A DNA stretch of 64,000 nt, from the IMG/VR virus record IMGVR_UViG_2795386107_000001, positions 8,822 through 72,821 of that record; one strand, given 5' to 3'. The first letter of the stretch is position 1. Every line of letters starts with the position of its first letter. The position numbers and the translations under genes are program-made. The notes beneath the pieces are model-generated. The model saw only the letters and a list, made by a program, of their open reading frames with translations. It did no database searches and was not told the DNA's origin. This DNA is from a virus. Its lineage: Duplodnaviria > Caudoviricetes. Below are positions 47,801 to 52,839 of the stretch, in pieces.

Positions 47801-49957
47801 GTACCGCTCGTTCTTCATCGTGTTCAGCCGGGCGTCGGTGGCGTCGCTGATCTCGCGGCGCAGCGCGGCAGTTTCGTCGCCTCCGTCCCCGGGTGCGTCG
47901 GGGGTGCCCTGGCTGGTCTCGTCGGTGACGTGGACGTTGCGGCCCTGGCGGGCGAGATTGCTCAGGACCTCCGAGATGCGTTCGTCCCGGGTGGCGTCGG
48001 TCATGTTCGCCTGGGTCTGCCAGGAGCCGACGGGGCCCATCGTCGGGGCCCACTTCACGGCCTTGACCTTGCCAACCGCGTCGTAGTCCCGCTGGTCGCC
48101 CTTGATGGTGCCGCGGAAGACCATGACGCGCTTGGCGGGCTTGCCGTCCTTGCCCGGCTTCATCACCCACGCCGCGGTGACGCGGTCCCGCTTCTGCGGG
48201 TTCTGCGCGGCAAGGTGGAGGCGTGCCATGACCTGGGCGCCCTGCGGGGGGTACTGCGGGACGGGGACAACGACGCCGTTGATCGTGGCCTTCGGCGGGT
48301 AGCCGCGCTCGCTGGTGGCGGCGACCTGCCCGTCGGGGCCGTACAGGGTGATCGCGCCGCCGTCGTTGACGAAGTGGTAGCCGTCGACGCCGTCGACGGG
48401 CCGTGCGCCGTCCGGGAGGGCCGGGGTGGGCTCCGGCTGTGCCTCCGGCTGCTGGGGGGCGTCGGGGGCGTTCGGGGCCTGGGGCGCGGCTGCCGGGGCG
48501 TTCTGGCCGGCGGGGGCGCCACCGCCCTGTTCCAGCTGGAGCTTGGCGAGGGCCTCGTCGACGACCTCGCGGAAGGACTTGTTGTCCTCGGACCGCCACT
48601 TGCTCACGGTGACGTGGGAGAGGTCCAGCGGCTTGCCGTCCTCGCCCTTGAGGTTGGAGGCGACGAGGAAGCGGCCGAAGCGCTGTGCTTCCTGCTGGGT
48701 CTCGAAGCGGGGGTGCAGGGTGAAGCCACTGCCGGTGGCGACGAGTCGCCAGTTGCCGTCTCCGTCCCGGTGGGTGACGAGCTGTCCGCGTCCGACGAGC
48801 TTGAGGCGGTCGTCGGCGATGAGGCTGTCCAGCTTCTGGAGCGCGGCGCGGGACGTGGGGTCGGTGTGCTGGCTCAGGCGCTCGCGGATGCCCTGCCAGT
48901 GCGTGCGGACGTCCTGCAGGGTGGTGAACCGTCGCCCGTCCGCGGCCGGGGCCGCCGGGGTAGCCGGGTTGGTGGTCGGCGCTGGGGTGGCGTCGAACTC
49001 CTTGCGGGCTCGGATGATGGCGCCCTGGATGTTCTCGCCCTTGGTGGAGCGCCAGTCACGGGCGGCGCGGTCGAGCTGCGGGTCAGAGAAGTCGAACGGC
49101 TGGCCGAACTTGGTGATCTGCCCGTTGACGGCGGTCTTGTCGAGGTGGTCGGCGAACCGGGCGGCGTCCTGCGGGGTGTCGAAGTCGCCGGCGCCGTCCA
49201 TGCGCTGTCCGGTGCCGGTGGCCGTCAGGTACCAGCGACCGTTGTCGTCACGGAGGATCGCGAAGCGGCCGTTCGGGGTCACCTGCAGGTCGTCGTCGTA
49301 GGCAACCGAACGCAGGAAGGTGGCCATCTCCGGCCTGGTACCGGGCTGCTGGGCGAGCTGCGTGAAGTGGCGGCGGACGGCAGCGGTGTCGGCGTACCGG
49401 GCTCCGGCTGCGTTCTGCTGGTTGGGAAGCGCGTCGAGGTTGACGGGGTGGGCGCCGTCTTCCGGCTCGTCCTGGTCGTCCTCGCGGTCCGGGCCGTCGC
49501 CCTCGTCGTCGCCGATCGGGCGGCCCTGGTCGTCGGCGTTGTGGGGGTCGTTGGGGGTGTCCGGGTCGCCGTCGTCGTCCCGGGCCACGCCGTTGCCGCG
49601 GCGCGGGTCCTCGTGCCGACGCTCGTCCTCGGCTGCGACCTTGTTCTCGTCCTCGGTCGGCGCGGTGCCGTCGGGACGGGCGACCATCGTCACCCACTTG
49701 GCACTCGTGGTGTGCCGGCGTCCCCGGAACTCGTTGGGGCCGCTTTGGTCCTGGACGAGGACGCGGTCGTGCGGAAGGGCGCGCACGACGCGCGCGAGCT
49801 TGCCGCCCCAGAGCCTGACCGTTCCACCCGTCTCGATGAAGCGGCCCTTGCTGTCGCGGGGGTGCAGGGCAGGGTTCCACGGCCGACGCGTGACCTTGAC
49901 CTCGAGGTCGCGATTCAGGTCCTGCGACTCAGCCTGTGCAGTGGGGCGATTCAGCAT
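32816..49957 (-). CDS. Giant (~5,713 aa) DarB-like polyvalent protein: N6-adenine DNA methyltransferase + SNF2/SF2 helicase + accessory domains
   Basis: MTase HYTP, LEAGSGAGTF, IGNVPF (about 45050-45900); helicase AHEVGLGKT, VDEAH (42971-42982), ATGTP, GTGMN, QRNGRILRYG; N-terminal WNPALHPRDSKGRF; lies between portal and protease. Start 49957 inferred from promoter geometry; the ORF track gives 49969. Confidence 0.9.
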   Translation of the reverse strand: MLNRPTAQAESQDLNRDLEVKVTRRPWNPALHPRDSKGRFIETGGTVRLWGGKLARVVRALPHDRVLVQDQSGPNEFRGRRHTTSAKWVTMVARPDGTAPTEDENKVAAEDERRHEDPRRGNGVARDDDGDPDTPNDPHNADDQGRPIGDDEGDGPDREDDQDEPEDGAHPVNLDALPNQQNAAGARYADTAAVRRHFTQLAQQPGTRPEMATFLRSVAYDDDLQVTPNGRFAILRDDNGRWYLTATGTGQRMDGAGDFDTPQDAARFADHLDKTAVNGQITKFGQPFDFSDPQLDRAARDWRSTKGENIQGAIIRARKEFDATPAPTTNPATPAAPAADGRRFTTLQDVRTHWQGIRERLSQHTDPTSRAALQKLDSLIADDRLKLVGRGQLVTHRDGDGNWRLVATGSGFTLHPRFETQQEAQRFGRFLVASNLKGEDGKPLDLSHVTVSKWRSEDNKSFREVVDEALAKLQLEQGGGAPAGQNAPAAAPQAPNAPDAPQQPEAQPEPTPALPDGARPVDGVDGYHFVNDGGAITLYGPDGQVAATSERGYPPKATINGVVVPVPQYPPQGAQVMARLHLAAQNPQKRDRVTAAWVMKPGKDGKPAKRVMVFRGTIKGDQRDYDAVGKVKAVKWAPTMGPVGSWQTQANMTDATRDERISEVLSNLARQGRNVHVTDETSQGTPDAPGDGGDETAALRREISDATDARLNTMKNERYTKYRTSRSEANRRRLDSEIDLITEEQKRRRKERDEAAARDATQLSDADIEARVKESQQERGTYGSRRGEPANDVERAIYSERRRRSQALVDENTDLTTMAEEDLAKARDAVAHRVTLHQAAGDDHEAEQTVRAALQKRHDAIVGEQQRRRAEQIADRPPVADLDDEALSEEYNELIKRDFRKASPEAQRVLEGRLEDIKQERREREKRAITDRDTPDAVDSKKLLDEYTELRRGRSNYESDDVKAAREARMAAIEAELNRRDTTPEVEQLLARVDNPDSNGQISIDGGAGYGYIDYNQNLGYGRDRREIGWTWGKNSWGHGNTAYPSRAAALAALVRAYDQDPDTRGERTWGRERRVFVPKMFVELYQTARLGDRLSNASEERQYLFHLFRDRYGWDDGVNPLVPSSKKGHHIKGRNLVIPEGLLAELHRVTEELSRDMSVQAADRDADKSDRAKAKTRLNSINVALHAIESAREAVRKNGGNDDQKVISREEIEAQQAALRAALGGDDDEHVQSDGPGSLADVPAAGVGGDGRSGGVRGDEGQGDREPDSGRGAGAGGDGAGAGGLRREGRPAQADQGGRDGDGSEGASARAGGGRGEGARADADGAAPAGDQGRDVRRVARFRPDPADAPKGARARAAANVEAIKVLKKLEAENRPATDEEKRILARWSGWGSVPIIFASEPNEKEPRYQQGGTRYGKFAKDHERWSEYSDIRSELQRVLTPVEFRQASRGVLSMHYTPQPIAEAMWDGLRAFGFDRGDVLEAGSGAGTFFGVAPDGARLTGVELDPTTARIAQAIYPHANVLNESFAESDARPGTFDAAIGNVPFARVPFDDKRYPAESLHNGFVTKEIALVRPGGITAVITSRQTLDSKGDKARRQMAKYGDLVGAIRLPSGVFNDAGTGVTTDVLVFRRREDGTEPADTSWLDAPERDLNGTPHHINAYFDEHPEHILGTLTTQSGPYGPEVTVKGDPAKAAEQLRKALEDMAEKAKADGRGYEPHPDGDDRPPVHLQTAREKHANDWTGRLYEGDDGQFYQHVNGAEPVLIDPADGNTAQLRDLMQLRDVAAELRELDRKNDEEERADALRAQLRDLHAAYVEQYGPLSKPGQHRTKNGRPTAWGYFRADPDAAAVLALERWDAKTGEPVLSRIFTERAAARRRQLTSTDDPKAALAAVVAAHGDVDLGEVARLLDVDPQEALKRLGNEVFTNPATGRLDLASAYLSGAVRDKLDAARKAAEKDPAYAVNVAALEAVQPPERTIGQFTPEMGAHWTPPELLQGFLREYLGDRTLRVAHDDRYGWILNTGRVPEANNVMYGVPANPEKGTKGKSAVEIARAVLGFGSLTVYHDDKRKDVDETTSRLIRQKADQMRAEFAKYATANAERLTTLTESYNRIMNGHVVRSYEGMSPTLEGFTPDRTPHSWQLAGAARMQFERGVILAHEVGLGKTSTLVMGTQALKASGQIEKPMAVVPNHLAKQWADEARYLYPNADIHLITSADLAGDRRSSTLEWLRANKPDLVIFTEEAFGSIKMSPEAQEEYEFRELESLREQLDRQYEDADNPNHPFIVAKIEQRIATVQRNINKNAAPMRKPGETYWDDLGFDYFVVDEAHRYKGVGFRSKEAGGDPASIRGVDLHQKTTDLHRRRGGRATITLATGTPLSNSISEQFTMLQFAAPWVLDAYKAGAPDLWANTFGRKTLRIENAPDGSGLRVVERFSEFHNKRAMKTMWGLVADTKRADDVGIPRPKLKGGTHNLILVDATPDQKKRLKGLVARGRAIHNGEPQQIRTRKGALVDDNMLTVSNEGTSVALDPRLVDGNAPAGNKLKAVADRHIERYHATKDRVYKVAYGSDEDHPVPGALQMIFLNEGVPDSDNKGGFDAYAELKQLMVTGGVPADKIAFVQDAKKSGKPEDMTELFRKAREGEISVLIGSSAVAGTGMNAQDRMISLTHVDLDWGAAQMEQRNGRILRYGNQNPEVEIDIFGTKGSMDGWKAGFVAAKAEGLVDIQRPEPTEGDTSDVVQEIDGAEFDYETMEAEMGGNPYMSHLMKARRRLKDLEIDQHNEAAERIRRAEALDELRQESQATRDGIQRREQALPRIQEAGDRFTMTIGGSPYGERSDAGKALHRQVTARLLDHNREGMSPWHVIGQFRGLDFGVRTERKEDGRLVAHVGFPDLRNSDFERTVEDLQKKGAGSGMITRLGNALDKAPALQESDRAKVPELDEQIALLQSAHAAADLTPQIDHARARANLLEEVVARITDLDAKPEIDPDELDKKRYKKHDRETMAKERREERAPLQAAVDEAVANLQRWDEQNPEPERDDTVHLTEDEVRDTLARLTPNPPAHDASQTDNGDGNSTDTTPDADASGPEETNTAGPDNASGTGDEGQSADTLSTGDLGDLGDLGDLGDENSDQEHDDTVRLSQDEVSDTLASIRPDDTESQDTADAEEPGEPLKYAWDKPEDFVTLTMPAALVDFLNVDETAAMEDPDTRKALKEAKPGRKGTLKVTGPIEVHRALLEWAWTLEGGEGLESDPSEVRAYRAYRKAIDEAAADLRRRREEWESNGGDSTDATPDADAPDTEETNTPDAGSAGDGGDDEPPADTPGTGDLGDDSNDSNDSNDSNDDQDQGGDQSAADGEEGNDTVTLTPDEVSDQLDAVRPEGSKAPSSMDDGEIRDEIVDLMGREMANGGELSGVDRTRLQVLEAEEARRAGRAPKQEPKPKQTREEPGGLFDVDEPTTRQADSTADPDNPEVRPADEFGTPDMFADAEGRDTSDLRPAQMRNAADLEPGDRYTDADGRTHTVAEPPARTGRGRTRIVTNDGEERFYNSDAQVRLRYPDEEIPDNHRYERSEPNVDETSTTGTDGTPDVDEPAVDEPEATPVSGRSDIKDRTDRMSGLVRQATDEAGGDDLPEIRDVTDAMGRAADSDDPDAELRDAADRLDSLAEMYELGGPDGERAAERFRRAARIARGEDDGGNDRRDDENNRDEANAPDNTSDSEEDQDQGDEERRQRRDGDLDGGAADPDGGGADTPDAPSDDEENGNSSDAPDNADDQQDEPDAEDQDNEDEQDDRNRRRRRRRRNGGNGGPGGPGGLGGPGLPHLNLPDLNVPAATGTGGDGEGHAPNGRGRRSPVRHGDVDSLRRAWRNGEGLTAAEDTPERRAALAQAAEREGMVLSPGGGLVTWPEPQDDGTTLWRFAQARNGTNLPGLTLRTDNPEEARALASRFEEITGSDGQPFDWHQPWGPSTVSQWRDSEGRNLQRALHAARDDFEQQRAAETTDAPVLPADLTELDDDALDALVSQPLSQDDMMRVAAEMDRRDNPDPVIRNAVPDTPPENAEEAERRGKAMDEALGFGNADITRPRRTQEDIIRAAFADFDEARYQQAIEETNGYFFNRKHKYGDNRPDERSLFSGGELAKFGRWREYASEELINWYDANGGRVTYNQFKLQYRDNDRRDREIFEEEQRRQAEEEQRQQADVGQAPAEPATTEPEPYDPAKPRFTDEEALRDHIRNGRLDEVPEDQRADEPSPEERGEIADAESTQLSDGGRLLIYGNEAARAGVGRGQRFNVALPGSMQPLFRDGFHNPERAREVARVLEGITDADGNPFPWDAPDAAERARAFRSADGNTLFGEAAERLNGVGNVYEPWNSDRGQALHHRTWNQQEAEWNTREEEAGYSIPVDPADLRPGDEISFPMATSRGQNISPRDEYVGTVHATVTGEGEPFRYRSEFSAVGNPQLHRYPAEGSWTNQYGEHANIDEAFPNLGVVRRRPRPDEASTRDDGRDDRSTNETTPQAEPTSTPEPAARPEPTPDRAPAEPEPATPDVPAEEPQGEPEPVGGQPANWARVSDLVPGDMVRMDGRRRNGRAVTRSGYVFTGPVRVEVTRNGRTEHMWRTYVTENPDGTGKRGHVFTPLNATAARAEAPDDTVPGSPASGAQSAVQTGSLPDRVPTDRNGRGLFPGSTVTGVDGLRSREGTVTGATSTTVSVRWDNDDTADGLTPTTLTVTGGDRPDGWTASGQRVTPGHIVTDSDGALLGPVDEVNGDRVTITTAEGTTTRSAGDLRVAGEVRDDTNPATAPVTGLDDPAAADLKEDDVVVLDLDGTLTTVAVTGTQRDGDRVTIDYADTTTGEIGQIDVDAATVLPRAQGADGSAPDLGPEDAPDTPDDLTVHEPPHRVEPVTGPTVDPELTTGDRDVIGDLADGPDDDLDAQQGAVRITTDLPVTPEQAAALAAQLRDSADPSTPEGRAALRAADHLDRAVGRTPPAELGRPRPSNASQVAEDDTIALPDTRGNGVTVYRVRDVQDGPGGVRSLLLEGEDGRTRRRVVHGAMPLWQLGEPQPEGDNTALVPAGPNSPALPPAGAHRDPNPAPQADADRIIRDHARSLAVRIIDEAIAGTEPPGDIHALREQIAQRLTPEALQEARTAAREDAQAALDAAAVNGPERSAAMLALGAVAQDSHTATVRAALRTINDLEPLPDESDEDLAARARDLLSLIPDRIAGTPNGPDTDGDADVNRTVAGHVDDAVNAVLQQLQAAGVDPGDAERIARAITRRMDGSRQATARQIARRVAAASPQAGRQPGLLARIVAALVRLAKRIALLVKAGAEKIAEKWRDARERIARLRAFLGRLARRVRDWPESRRLARLHRALDLPEADGESLAARVSHWAGLLPEPGRFGQAQRRVTWWQPTTWAQLAAGRLPGRSDRVRWSPDQAADGGPGPTGLRHMAALRAAGGDVDQAVTRRLADSLGDDFGSDPHGTLQHADDYVATTERRLVNLQAARTSSTIPDDPDLEVEIAAARMEAAAARREWENLRSRYAAAVPDAVAAALAEIRDMGPGGNAGIVFGPDSTPDAERAVRGVQRLVPRSWLNTPAARRVTAVDGDAGRYEPDGQRITVADLADEGLGTAGYALAQHLAQHLDDLDAAQRIFWFTQTHTGRPGARRMRRSALSRILSRQQTQPDTGDTLARSVQSMFNGDWYLDDDLRAFLLGLLATR
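39935..39972. repeat. 9-bp in-frame tandem repeat (GTCGTTGCT x4; Ser-Asn-Asp)
   Basis: Directly visible in an acidic linker of the giant gene. Confidence 0.85.
40580..40622. repeat. 9-bp in-frame tandem repeat (GTCGCCGAG x4-5; Gly-Asp-Leu)
   Basis: Directly visible in an acidic linker of the giant gene. Confidence 0.85.
45937..46272 (-). CDS. TnpV-like small protein nested in an alternative frame of the giant gene
   Basis: GGAGG (46281-46285) 8 nt before ATG; 111 aa with very high GC3; DHWRTYLP..DDPEAF..EGYDERVGRLKQIRADATAMVLRELL resembles TnpV-type proteins. Confidence 0.8.
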   Translation of the reverse strand: MNMFSPTVRDHWRTYLPQEWAAMDDPEAFVETKAREIESRILVAEQALEETVPEPEGYDERVGRLKQIRADATAMVLRELLPEPEEGAEKAPEQTPMEQHLQEIRDAMYDA

Positions 49958-49964
49958 GCCGCGG

Positions 49965-50000
49965 ACCATGTAGAGCGCGGGTGCTTAGCGTCGCGGCCTC
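49965..50000 (-). promoter_or_regulatory. Bipartite promoter-like motif (giant gene, leaderless geometry)
   Basis: GAGGCCGCGACGCTAAG with CATGGT at the 22-nt offset; ATG 7 nt later. Confidence 0.7.
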
Positions 50001-50015
50001 GTGGCCGGGTACGGA

Positions 50016-50114
50016 CCGGCTACTTCGGCGTGAGGAGGCGGAACGGCGAGCCAGCCGGGGAATCCGAACCCGCCGACGGCGAGTGTGGATCTGCCGACCT
50101 TGCTGGTGCGGGTG
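50016..50114 (-). pseudogene. Degenerate duplicate of the 3' end of the small membrane-protein gene (diverged direct repeat of 52618-52718)
   Basis: Roughly 80% identical by eye; reads RTSKVGRSTLAVGGFGFPGWLAV versus RTSKVGRAIFAVGWFGFSGWFAI. Confidence 0.8.
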
Positions 50115-50326
50115 GGAGGGTCATGCCCCTTTCCGGATCTGACGTGGAATTCAGGTCTGAGACGAAGCCGTGCTGCCGCGCGCGTGTTCGAAGGTTGGCA
50201 ACTCTGAGACCAAGTCCGATGCCGGATGATTGGATACCGGTGTCTGGCGGTGTGGGGGGTCGTTGGCCTTTCTGTAGGCCGCAGATGCACGAACAGGCTC
50301 GGTTCGAGGGAATGGAGGGCCGGGCG

Positions 50327-51085
50327 GTGAGCGATCGCAGTTCGATCGAGTGGACCGAGGCAACGTGGAACCCGACCACGGGATGCGACCGTGTCTCCGC
50401 AGGCTGCGACAACTGCTACGCGCTAGCTCTGGCGAAACGTCTGAAAGCTATGGGCTCGCCGAAGTACCAGAGCGACGGTGATCCACGTACCTCCGGGCCG
50501 GGGTTCGGGCTGACCCTGCACCCAGACTCGCTGGAGATCCCCTACGGATGGAAGAGCCCGCGGACGGTGTTCGTCGACTCCATGAGTGATCTGTTCCACG
50601 CTCGGGTGCCCCTCGACTACGTACGCCGCGTGTTCGAAGTGATCGCAGGTACCCCGCAGCACACCTACCAGGTGCTCACCAAGCGCGCACGCCGACTGAG
50701 ATTGGCTGCCGACCGGCTTCAGTGGCCGGAGAATCTGTGGATGGGCGTCTCGGTGGAGAGCGCCAAGGAACTGCCCCGGGTTGACGACCTGCGGCAGGTT
50801 CCTGCAGCGGTGAAGTTCCTTTCGTGCGAGCCCTTGCTGGGGCCGCTGGACGGGCTGGAATTGACCGGCATCGACTGGGTCATTGCAGGAGGTGAGTCCG
50901 GGCCCGGGCACCGGCCGCTCGACCCGGCCTGGGTGACACACATCCGCGACACCTGCCAGCAGGACAAGGTGGCCTTCTTCTTCAAGCAGTGGGGCGGCCG
51001 TACACCCAAGGCTGGCGGCCGTGAACTGGACGGTCGCACTTGGGACGAAATGCCGCACCGTGCGTTGGCTCTTGCGGCAGGTTAG
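50327..51085 (+). CDS. DUF5131 family protein (phage Gp37/Gp68-like, three-Cys radical-SAM-like)
   Basis: SSIEWTEATWNPTTGCDRVSAGCDNCYA, SMSDLFH, LTKR, FLSCEPLLG, WVIAGGESG, FFFKQWGG; GTG after GGAGG. Confidence 0.92.
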   Translation: MSDRSSIEWTEATWNPTTGCDRVSAGCDNCYALALAKRLKAMGSPKYQSDGDPRTSGPGFGLTLHPDSLEIPYGWKSPRTVFVDSMSDLFHARVPLDYVRRVFEVIAGTPQHTYQVLTKRARRLRLAADRLQWPENLWMGVSVESAKELPRVDDLRQVPAAVKFLSCEPLLGPLDGLELTGIDWVIAGGESGPGHRPLDPAWVTHIRDTCQQDKVAFFFKQWGGRTPKAGGRELDGRTWDEMPHRALALAAG

Positions 51086-51296
51086 CCCCGAGGCCGCTGG
51101 CTGCGGCACCTGACGCGATCGGCTGCGCGCCTATGGAGGAACCAAGTCCTCACCCGTCGCCCTGAGCGGGCACATCAGCCTGGTCGCAAAGCGCCATAAC
51201 AGCACGCACTTCGGTCTCGATGCCATGCAGTGAAGAGCCATTTCCCCGCAACACCGGTACACACCCAGGGCATCTGCCGCAAAATCGTCCCAACCA

Positions 51297-52549
51297 TGTC
51301 CATCGAGCTGACAAGGCGGGGGATCTTGGACGAGTCCGAGGCAGTGCTCGACGAAAAAGTTCTCGATCTGAGCGGTGAGAGCGCCGACGACACGGAACTC
51401 GACAGCAGTAGCCCGTTCTTCGTCAGCAAGAAGGCCGCTGCTGTGCTCAAACATGCGATCCTCGACCAGTATGTGGTTCCCTTCGCCAGCAAGGTCGGCA
51501 GGTACGCACCGGACGGCCGTGTCGTCTACCTCGACAGCTACGCGGGACCAGGTCGTTACGAGGACGGCACCCCAGGATCACCCGCTCTGATCCTGGAATC
51601 GGCAGCGCGCATCGCAGGCTTCCGCCAGCTTGACTGCTACTTTGTCGAGCGCGGGCGCAAAAGCTACCGCTCTTTGGCCGCTCTCGCCGAGGAAGCGAGC
51701 GGCAGCGGGCTGACCGCGCACGCGCTACAAGGACGAGCCGAGAAGCACCTCGATCACGTGCTCCAACGAGCCGCAGGGCAACCCCTGTTCGCCTTCCTGG
51801 ACCCATTCGGACTCGGGCTCAGTTTCCAAGCCCTCACCCAGCAGATCTTCGGCTCCCGCAGCACCCACGGAACCACCGGCCGCTATGCCACAGAGGTCCT
51901 GCTCAACTTCAACGCCAATGCAGTGCGTCGCATCGGAGGTCTGCTCACTAGCCCCAAGGACACACCGGGGAAACCGGCCACGCTGCGCGCAATGGACGCG
52001 GCCTGCGGCGGACCCTGGTGGCGTGACGAGTTCCACGACTCCAAAGACAACGCCGAGGCCGTCCAGCGCATCACCGCTGGCTTCGCTCGGCGTGTCGCAC
52101 GTACTGTCCGTGCAGGCTACTGGACCATCGAAGTCCGTAACCGTGCTCACCACCAAGTCGCATACCACCTCGTGCACTTCAGCCGCCACAAGGATGGCCT
52201 CTGGCTGTTCGGGGAAGCCGCCAGTCGGGCTCAGATCGAATGGCGCCGTGCTTGCCTCCCCCCGCCTGACGAAGGCGCTCTCTTCGGCGCCGCTGACACC
52301 TTCGATGACGAGGAAGAGCGCCGGGCACAGGCCTGGGTCAAACAGATCCGTCGGAATATCGAAGGCCTGCAGCAGCGCGTTGGCCCCTTCCGAATCGGTG
52401 ACCACCAGGCGGAGGTCCTCGCCGGAGTTCTTGGCCAGGCATGGAGCAAGCACATCCGCGCCGCAGTGAAGCAGTTGTATAAGGACGGCATGACCAACTG
52501 CACCGGAGTCGGCGATGTGCGCGAGCTGCGCATCACCCCACCGCGATGA
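51297..52549 (+). CDS. tcmP: Three-Cys-motif partner protein (SAM-dependent methyltransferase-like fold)
   Basis: KHAILDQY, YLDSYAGPGRY..GSP, FAFLDPFG, EVLLNF, YHLVHFSRH; adjacent to DUF5131; start codon uncertain. Confidence 0.85.
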
Positions 52550-52621
52550 GACGCTTCGAGCCGCGACCGCATCGACACAACACCAGCTGCTGCGCGTGGC
52601 CTCGCGGAGGAATCGGGCCGG

Positions 52622-52834
52622 CTACATCGTCTCCGTGAGGATGTGGATGGCGAACCAGCCGGAGAATCCGAACCAGCCTACGGCGAAGATGGCTCTGCCG
52701 ACTTTGCTGGTGCGGGTGCGGAAGAGTCGGCGGACGTTCTCCGACAGGGTGTCCTTGTCGCGCGCGTTGGCAAGGGCAATGCCCTCTGCCACGGCGAACG
52801 CGATGGTCCATGCGATCCAGATTGCTACCCACAT
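52622..52834 (-). CDS. Small two-TM membrane protein
   Basis: MWVAIWIAW..EGIAL..DTLSENVRRLF; RBS AAGGAG overlapping the portal end. Confidence 0.75.
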   Translation of the reverse strand: MWVAIWIAWTIAFAVAEGIALANARDKDTLSENVRRLFRTRTSKVGRAIFAVGWFGFSGWFAIHILTETM

Positions 52835-52839
52835 GACAG

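Noticed and set aside
32798-50326. Very long + strand ORFs (32798-37582, 37613-43459 and the 5' part of 46397-51085)
   Set aside because: Antisense shadows of the high-GC3 giant gene with no motifs; only 50327-51085 (DUF5131) is supported.
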